Shown here in pieces: positions 19,621 to 26,040 of a stretch of DNA of 50,327 bases. Position 1 is the stretch's first letter. The number at the start of each line of letters is the position of its first letter. The stretch covers positions 1 through 50,327 of the forward strand of contig DATNIJ010000048.1 in the NCBI GenBank assembly GCA_035604475.1, in the 5' to 3' direction. A model generated the notes under the pieces. It had not been told where the DNA came from. It searched no databases and saw only the letters and a list, made by a program, of their open reading frames with translations. The stretch comes from Alphaproteobacteria bacterium. GTDB lineage: Bacteria; Pseudomonadota; Alphaproteobacteria; JACZXZ01. A program made the position numbers and the translations under genes.

Positions 19621-21089
19621 GCGCCACTTACGAGATCGACGAGATACTCGTCAGCGTCTCCCCCGGCGAGACGCGGGCCGCCCTTGTCGCCGGGCGACGG
19701 CTCGTCGAGTTCCTGCTCGCGCGCGAGGCCAAGGGGAGCCTCGTCGGCAACATCTATCTCGGCCGCGTCGGCAAGCCGGTGCCGGGCGCGGATGCGAGCT
19801 TCATCGAGCTCGGCGAGGCGCGCGCCGGCTTCCTCGCCCGCGGCGATGCGAAGGGCGTGTTGAATGCGCGTGGCCAGCGGCACGCCCGCTCGCCGAGCGA
19901 GGGCGAGGCAGTGCTGGTGCAGGTCACTCAGGACGCCTTCGGCCGCAAGGGACCTCGCGTCGCGGCAACGTTGGCATTGCCGGGACATTGGCTCGTCTTC
20001 TCGCCGTCGCGGCCCGGGCTTGCGATCTCGCGCAGGATCGCGAGTGCCGAGACGCGCGCGCGCCTCGAGGCTCAATTGGCGCCGCATCTCGTCGAGGGCG
20101 AAGGGGCCGTGGTGCGCACCGCGGGCGAAACGGCGGATGGCGCGGTACTCCTCGACGAGCTCGTCCGCTTGCGCGCGATCTGGCAGAAGATCCTGGCGGA
20201 CGCGGCGCGCACGCGGGCGCCGGCCTTGATCCATGCCGACGCCGACGCGATCGAGCGGGTCTTGCGCGATCATGGCGGCCCGTCGCTGCGCCGTGTCTAT
20301 TGCGAGCGGCGCGAGGCAGTGACGCGCGCCGAGGACACGCTCGCGCGGCAAGGCAGGGCCGGCCGCGTCGAGGTGGTGCTGCACCAGGGCCCGGAGCCGC
20401 TCTTCGCGCGTCACGAGATCGACGAGCAGATCGCCGAGGCGCTCGAGCCGGTCGCCCCGCTGCCGTCCGGCGGCAGCCTCGTCATCGGCACGCTCGAGGC
20501 GCTCAGCGCGATCGACGTGAACACGGCGCGTCAGACGAGTATGAAGCACTTCGAGGAGGCCGCCCTCGCGGTCAATCTCGAGGCGGCCGCGGAGATCGCG
20601 CGCCAGGTGCGCTTGCGCAACCTCGCGGGCCTCATCGTGATCGATTTCCTGCACATGGAGCAGGCGAGCCAGCGCGCGCGCGTGACGGACGCGCTCATAA
20701 GCGCTTTCGCGGGCGATCCCGCCGGGGTGCAGCTCGTCGGCTTCACCTCGCTCGGCCTCTTCGAATTGACGCGCCGGCGCGTGCGCGAATCCCTGAGCGA
20801 CGCGTTGACCGAGGGCTGCGAGGCCTGCCGCGGCAAGGGCCGGGTGGCGAGTGCCGCGACGATCGCCTACGAGGTGCTGCGCGCGGTCGAGCGGGCGGCC
20901 CGCGCGGCACCCTCAGCGCGCTTGGGCGTGGTCGCGGCAGCACCCGTGATCGCGGCGTTGGAGGGGGAGGCGAGACCGGCGCGCGAGCGCCTCGAACGCG
21001 AGCTCGCGGCAGCACTCTCCTTGCGTGTGGGCCCGTCCCACCGCCGCGATGAGTTCGATATCGTGAGCGCTCCGAGGGCTGCCGGGTGA
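19617..21089 (+). CDS. rng: Ribonuclease E/G family protein (RNase G-like)
   Basis: A GTG at 19617 overlaps the maf stop (GTGA) and gives 490 aa. The S1-like N-terminus reads GNIYLGRVGKPVPGADASFIELG. The catalytic core includes SGGSLVIGTLEALSAIDVNTAR, GLIVIDFLHM and a C...CxxCxG zinc-link. Confidence 0.85.
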   Translation: MSATYEIDEILVSVSPGETRAALVAGRRLVEFLLAREAKGSLVGNIYLGRVGKPVPGADASFIELGEARAGFLARGDAKGVLNARGQRHARSPSEGEAVLVQVTQDAFGRKGPRVAATLALPGHWLVFSPSRPGLAISRRIASAETRARLEAQLAPHLVEGEGAVVRTAGETADGAVLLDELVRLRAIWQKILADAARTRAPALIHADADAIERVLRDHGGPSLRRVYCERREAVTRAEDTLARQGRAGRVEVVLHQGPEPLFARHEIDEQIAEALEPVAPLPSGGSLVIGTLEALSAIDVNTARQTSMKHFEEAALAVNLEAAAEIARQVRLRNLAGLIVIDFLHMEQASQRARVTDALISAFAGDPAGVQLVGFTSLGLFELTRRRVRESLSDALTEGCEACRGKGRVASAATIAYEVLRAVERAARAAPSARLGVVAAAPVIAALEGEARPARERLERELAAALSLRVGPSHRRDEFDIVSAPRAAG

Positions 21090-21097
21090 GGCGGGCG

Positions 21098-21307
21098 ATG
21101 GCGGAGATCACCAAGCTCAAGCCGGGACGCAAGGGGCTGCTATGTCCCATCTGCGGCAGGGCGCCCGACCAGCGCTACCGCCCCTTCTGCTCCAAGCGCT
21201 GCGCCGAAATCGATCTCGCGCGCTGGCTCGGCGGCGACTATCGCATCGCGACGGAGGAGAAGCCCGAGGAGGCGATTCCAAGCGAGCATGCGCCCGAGGA
21301 GAAATAG
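21098..21307 (+). CDS. yacG: DNA gyrase inhibitor YacG (zinc finger)
   Basis: CPICGRAPDQRYRPFCSKRCAEIDLARWLGGDY is the YacG C4 finger plus Trp motif. The start could also be the GTG at 21086. Confidence 0.85.
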   Translation: MAEITKLKPGRKGLLCPICGRAPDQRYRPFCSKRCAEIDLARWLGGDYRIATEEKPEEAIPSEHAPEEK

Positions 21308-21438
21308 TCGGAAGAGCGCCCGCCGCGGCCCGTCCGCACGCGCCCGCGCTTGCGGGCCTCAGGGCCGTCTGGACAGCGTCTGGACAGCCCCGCGCGAAGC
21401 CTCTATAAGCGGCCTTCGCCGGCCTTTGACCGCGGCAT

Positions 21439-21514
<76 letters not shown>

Positions 21515-22032
21515 TTTCATTGATCTATAAGAATTATTTCGGCTTGACGCAGGTTCAATTCCGCTTTGGCTGCGGCCATGTTCGCCTTCGACCACCGTCC
21601 CGTGTCCCGCTTCGTTTGAAATTCCTGCATTCTTGCAGCTTACTTCCAGCGTCACCATTATGTCGGCGAGCATAGGCGCGCTCGAGCGTGAGCACCTCAC
21701 AGTGTGTCGCGATCGCTCCATCGACGAAAACTGTTGGTAGTTTTGCTGGTATCACGCCACGGCTGTTGGTACGTGCCGTTCCGATATTGGCAGGGGCGGC
21801 TGGTGGCCTCTTCTTCACTTCTTCGAACGCGAGCGAGGCGTCCTGAAACGGCCCGAAGAGGACCATCGGTATGCGCGCCCGTGTCCGCTACTCTCTTCTC
21901 CAAGGACACGCGAACCGGCAAGTATATCGTGATGCCTTCAGCCTCACTCGATTCGCGTATGAACACCCGGAGCACCAGACGCCTGACGAGCGAAATATTT
22001 CGGACGTGGTCGAGGCGGGAGCAACAACACTC

Positions 22033-23067
22033 CTAGAACGCCCAAGAGAAGGCGATAAGGTTTTTCTTCCCGCAGTTGGTGCAGCGAAAACCATCCGTCA
22101 AGACGATCCTCCCCGCGTTATGTGAAGTGACCTTGAGCGGCGCCTTGCAATATGCGCACGCTATATTCGAAAGCATCGTACTCAGCTCCTTCAATGTCGC
22201 TTTCTTCCCTTCTCCGCCTTCCAGGAGCGAGAAGGCAAATAAGCTTCTTATGGCGAAAGCGGTCTTGACACCTTCGTCCATTCTCCGCATCCGGTCGAAC
22301 AAATCCAAGATCGTATGGGCGAGGAAGAACAGAAGATAAGGAAGCCGCTGATACAGCGCGTCGTACGTGTCGTCGTCGGCATAACTTTTAAATATGAAGT
22401 TAAAGTTCTGCGGCGTTGTGCGAAGTTCCATCCTTTCTACCGTAATGAGATGCACAGCATGCTCAAACGCCCGCTCGAAGCCGGAGTCGTACTTTCGGTC
22501 GTAAATCAACCTCTCCAATATTTCGGGAATGAAAGGTGATCCATCGGGCATCATCGAAATCGCTTTGGCGAAGATCTCCTTGCGTAAACTCCCGACCTTC
22601 TTCTGGGATAGGTTCTCAGGGTTACCCGACATGAATTCTGTGTAAAACCCGTCTTCATCACCGAGCATCCATGCGAGATAAAGTAGGTTTTGCTTGAGTG
22701 GCTTGCGCAATAGGTTGAAGCCGACAACGATTTTTCTCTTCTCGAAGCATTTCAGGGCTTCAAAAATGTGGTGAAGGCAGTCCGACACCATTCCCATCGT
22801 GATGGCATTGACGACGACTCGTCGGGCTTCGTCCGGGTATCCAGTTCGCAAAAGTGCTTCGGTGGGGTCTTTCTCCGCAAGCTTCTGAAATTCTTCGGCA
22901 CTGACCTGGCTTTCGAAGTTTATCGTGACAAGATGTGCGCGAGCAGCTTCATACTCGACCAAGGCGCGTACGCACTCGTCATGCAGGAAAAAGCAATAGG
23001 CGTGCGCCAGCTTGTATCGCTTGGGTATCCATTTGAGGCGGTTGCGTGGGATTAGCCCGATGCTCAT
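22033..23067 (-). CDS. Hypothetical protein, orphan, with C-terminal CxxC...CxxC zinc ribbon
   Basis: A clean 344-aa ORF in AT-richer DNA, with codon usage unlike its neighbours. The C-terminus reads CAYCKAPLKVTSHNAGRIVLTDGFRCTNCGKKN. I recognise no other motif. Confidence 0.7.
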   Translation of the reverse strand: MSIGLIPRNRLKWIPKRYKLAHAYCFFLHDECVRALVEYEAARAHLVTINFESQVSAEEFQKLAEKDPTEALLRTGYPDEARRVVVNAITMGMVSDCLHHIFEALKCFEKRKIVVGFNLLRKPLKQNLLYLAWMLGDEDGFYTEFMSGNPENLSQKKVGSLRKEIFAKAISMMPDGSPFIPEILERLIYDRKYDSGFERAFEHAVHLITVERMELRTTPQNFNFIFKSYADDDTYDALYQRLPYLLFFLAHTILDLFDRMRRMDEGVKTAFAIRSLFAFSLLEGGEGKKATLKELSTMLSNIACAYCKAPLKVTSHNAGRIVLTDGFRCTNCGKKNLIAFSWAF

Positions 23068-23363
23068 AGTGTAATGCTAATAGCACGTGGCGGCAAAGCT
23101 CGGCTATCGCCGAGGTCGGCCAATCTGAGCTGCGGACCCGGCCGAGCGAAGGTGCGCCGGGTATTCCGAAGATTGGCGAGGCCGACGGAGTTAGGCTAGA
23201 AATGGTCTGGCGCGCCCTGCGCGCCGAGCTCTACGAGAGCGGCGGTGGCAAGTCGCACCCTTGTTGGGCGTGACTTATCTCGCATACTGCGAGCCGGGCG
23301 TATAGACTTGGAATAACCACTTCTGGCACAAACAGACCCCTCCGGGCGGCTTCCTCCGGGGCC

Positions 23364-23392
23364 TTGACCAAATCTGTACGGCGCTGTACATT
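23364..23392 (+). promoter_or_regulatory. Candidate sigma70-type promoter with embedded near-palindromic operator for the phd-vapC operon
   Basis: TTGACC (23364-23369), a 17-nt spacer and TACATT (23387-23392). The spacer and -10 contain TGTACGGCGCTGTACA (14/16 palindromic). GGAGG follows, then the ATG at 23410. Confidence 0.4.
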
Positions 23393-23409
23393 TCTGCTGG
23401 AGGTGCCGA

Positions 23410-23664
23410 ATGAGCGCGGTGCGGCGCAAAGGTGCCGAAGAGGCCCGTAATCGGCTCCCTGAGCTTCTTGAGGCGGCTGAAAAGGGCCAATCGACGATCA
23501 TTACCCGGCACGGTAGGCCCGTTGCCGCGCTGATGCCTGTCGGAGCGCAGGACATTGCCGTCCGCCAGGAGCCGCTGGTCCCTCTCGAAGGATCCGGCCG
23601 CGGCCTATGGGGGAAGAATAGCAGCCGCACGCTCCGCAGGTTGCGTGACGAATGGAGCCGCTAA
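23410..23664 (+). CDS. Type II antitoxin, Phd/YefM family
   Basis: 84 aa. The N-terminus EARNRLPELLEAAEKGQSTIITRHGRPVAALMPV is the canonical Phd/YefM fold signature. It overlaps the toxin gene by 13 nt. Confidence 0.85.
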   Translation: MSAVRRKGAEEARNRLPELLEAAEKGQSTIITRHGRPVAALMPVGAQDIAVRQEPLVPLEGSGRGLWGKNSSRTLRRLRDEWSR

Positions 23665-24077
23665 AGCTCCAAGATCTGCCGGATCAGGCCTTGCTGCTGG
23701 TCGACTCGGCGCCGATTATTTACGTCCTCGAGGCTCATCCGAAATTCGGGCCGCGTTTCAAGCCGCTCTTTGAGGCGCATGCGGTCGGGCGTCTGCGCTT
23801 TGCCGTTACGACCCTGGCGATCGCCGAGGTATTGACCGGTCCGTTGCGAGCGGCAAACGAGGCGCTTGCGCGGCGTTACCGTGCAGTCCTCGAGTCATGG
23901 CAGCCCATTCCACTCGACGTTGACATTGCGGAAAGTGCCGCGCGATTACGAGCTTTGCTTCGTCTCGGGCTGGCGGACGCTGTTCAGGCCGCGAGCGCTC
24001 TCGCGATTAATGCAGCCGCTCTCGTGACGCATGATCGCGATTTCTCACGCGTTCATTCGCTGCGCGTAATTTGCTGA
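23652..24077 (+). CDS. vapC: Type II toxin, VapC (PIN domain ribonuclease)
   Basis: 141 aa. LLVDSAPIIYVLE supplies the first acidic residue, AEVL the second and ALVTHDRDF the distal Asp. Size and pairing with Phd are typical. Confidence 0.8.
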   Translation: MEPLKLQDLPDQALLLVDSAPIIYVLEAHPKFGPRFKPLFEAHAVGRLRFAVTTLAIAEVLTGPLRAANEALARRYRAVLESWQPIPLDVDIAESAARLRALLRLGLADAVQAASALAINAAALVTHDRDFSRVHSLRVIC

Positions 24078-24224
24078 TCAAGAGCGGCCACGATTCGTAC
24101 GAGCGCGCATGTCCGGCAAGATCGGCGAGCTTGGTGCCACGACGAAAGCCGCTGGCGTCCGCGCTGGTATGAGCCATGACGCGCTTCAAGAGCGAAATTT
24201 GATTTCAATGCCTTACATAAGGTA

Positions 24225-24246
24225 TTCGATTCCGCCCCTGGCATCA
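24225..24246 (+). repeat. Degenerate copy of the tRNA-Phe 3' end (candidate attR-type island boundary)
   Basis: TTCGATTCCGCCCCTGGCATCA compares with the tRNA 3' end TTCAAATCCGCCCCTGGGCACCA (21492-21514). They share the core TCCGCCCCTGG. There is no complete tRNA fold upstream. Confidence 0.45.
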
Positions 24247-24849
24247 TCGCTATTAAGTCATTGAATTATGACCAAATAGACATCCAACTTTGTGTTGGGA
24301 CGGGACATTTAAAATGTTTCACGGCACCGTTGTAGTTCTATTGGCCCTGATCAAAACTTCGTGTGATCCACGCGTTCAATGGTGGGATATCTGCGCCGTT
24401 CTCAATGGATGCGTCGACTCCCACACCTAAGCAGCAGGCCATGGTTCCACCCAATGCGAGCGAACCGGCCGTAAGCCCCGCCCCGACGGGGGCCTATTCG
24501 ACCGAGAGCGGCGAGGACACGTGAGCGCCTCATTTGGCGGTTACGGTAGTGTCAATCCCTGTGCGAGCGTGGACATCACATCAAGGTCGCTGGCAACAGC
24601 GTGTCGGGTCAAATTGAGAATTATTATGGTCGGAGCGCTATTTCCAGGACCATTGCAGCCAATGGGACGATGACGGCACAGGCGGGAGCGGATCAGCTAT
24701 CCGGCCGCTTTCAGGAGGATCGGTTCGAGGGAGGCCTTAAAGGTTCGTTATGTAGTTTCGGCGGTGCCAGCGACGCCCGCGACATCGCCATTTCGCTCAG
24801 GCGGCTCAAGCCATGAACTGGCCGCCCGGCGCGCGGCCGTTGGCGGCGG

Positions 24850-25002
24850 CGATCGAGACCCCAGCCTTCGCAGGGGTAGGCTCTTGACGCCGAACTCGTA
24901 GGGCCGGTGCGCCTTGCCGATGCCTTCCACCTCGGCGGCGTGCAGCGAGTAGAGCTTCCAGCCGCGCTCGTACCGGCGCTGCCCGCTTGGCCGGCCGGAC
25001 AT
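24850..25002 (-). pseudogene. IS5-family transposase fragment
   Basis: The minus-strand translation KLYSLHAAEVEGIGKAHRPYEFGVK matches the conserved IS5-family block (K-L-Y-S-L-H-A-P-E-V-E-C-I-x-K-G-K-A-x-K-P-Y-E-F-G-V-K) with a small deletion. Flanking sequence is unrelated, and there are no inverted repeats and no full ORF. Confidence 0.5.
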
Positions 25003-25120
25003 AGGACTGGCGCAGCGCCACCCCGTCCCTCCTGGCCATGAGCTGGCTTCCCCCCGAAGGGGGAGGGAGTGTCATCTCACGCGCCGATGATTCGTCGTAC
25101 AGCCACGCGACAGGCGCCGC

Positions 25121-25702
25121 TCAGTTCCCGAGATTGGCGATCTGCACCCGGCGATTGATCGCAGCCTCGGGGTGGGCGGGATCGAGAGGCTCGGAGGCTC
25201 CTTTGCCCACGGCCACGAGCCGCGTCGCCGGGACCTTCTCCTCGCGGGAGAGGTAGTCGCGGACCGCCTGCGCGCGCCGTTGCGACAGCTTCTCATTGTA
25301 GACGGCGCTGCCTTTGCTGTCGGTGTGCCCCTCGAGCTGGAAGCGGAAGTGCTGCAGGGCCGGCGACTGCATCGCCAGCGCGAGCTGATTGAGGAGCTCC
25401 TTGGATTCGCGTGTCAGCACGACGGAATTGAACGCGAAGTTCACGTTGAGCGCCACGACGGGCATGGCAGCCGGCTGCAGGTCGGTCGTGTGCGCGGTCT
25501 TCTTGGTCATGGTGAGGCCGCGGTATTGCACTGCCGGGTTGTCGGCGGTGCCGGCTGCGTGCGGCGTCAGCGCGTCGATGAGCTCGTCCGACGACGGGTT
25601 CTTGTCCATGAAGCTCTTGATGGTCTGCGCCGCCGCTGCGTTCGCGAGAAAGAGGCCGAGCGGGATAGCCCAAAAAATCGCTCTCCGCCATGTTCGTCTC
25701 AT
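25121..25702 (-). CDS. OmpA-like domain periplasmic/outer-membrane protein
   Basis: The start is taken at MRRTWRRAIFWAIPLGLFLANAAAA (signal peptide), giving 193 aa. The OmpA_C motifs are NVNFAFNSVVLT, EGHTDSKGSAVYNEKLSQRRAQAV and NRRVQI. Confidence 0.85.
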   Translation of the reverse strand: MRRTWRRAIFWAIPLGLFLANAAAAQTIKSFMDKNPSSDELIDALTPHAAGTADNPAVQYRGLTMTKKTAHTTDLQPAAMPVVALNVNFAFNSVVLTRESKELLNQLALAMQSPALQHFRFQLEGHTDSKGSAVYNEKLSQRRAQAVRDYLSREEKVPATRLVAVGKGASEPLDPAHPEAAINRRVQIANLGN

Positions 25703-26040
25703 CGCACATCTCCCTCGTTCAACCGACATTCCCCAGATGACCGGGGATCGGCGTGAACGATAGCATTCTGCTGGGGGTATCCGGAAGCCGAAAGGCGGCG
25801 TCGGGGACGCGTCCGGCGGTCGCAGTTCCCACGCTGCGGCCCGTCTTGACTGGATACGCGTTTCAAAGATGAGGCTAGTTTCAAAGGGTTGACCACCCGC
25901 CCCCCCCTGGACACACTTCAAGAGCCAATTTCTTCATAAATGACTGGTGCGACTTACGAATCGCCGAACTTCGGTCGCAAACTTCAGTCTTGGGAGTGAG
26001 CGCGGCACGGCGGGAATTGTGCCTGCCTCGGACGAGCGCA

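Noticed and set aside
21555-22030. Overlapping small ORFs (103, 92, 110, 84, 68 aa) between tRNA-Phe and the 344-aa gene.
   Set aside because: They are mutually overlapping in different frames, have no recognisable motifs and no ribosome-binding sites. They may be frameshifted remnants of a lost island gene, but none can be supported as a feature.
24330-24500. Minus-strand Gly-rich peptide (…GAGLTAGSLALGGTMACCLGVGVDAS…) resembling a glycine-zipper small membrane protein.
   Set aside because: The frame is closed by a TAG just upstream, has no plausible start codon or ribosome-binding site, and is below the ORF-track threshold. It is most likely a gene fragment in the eroded island.
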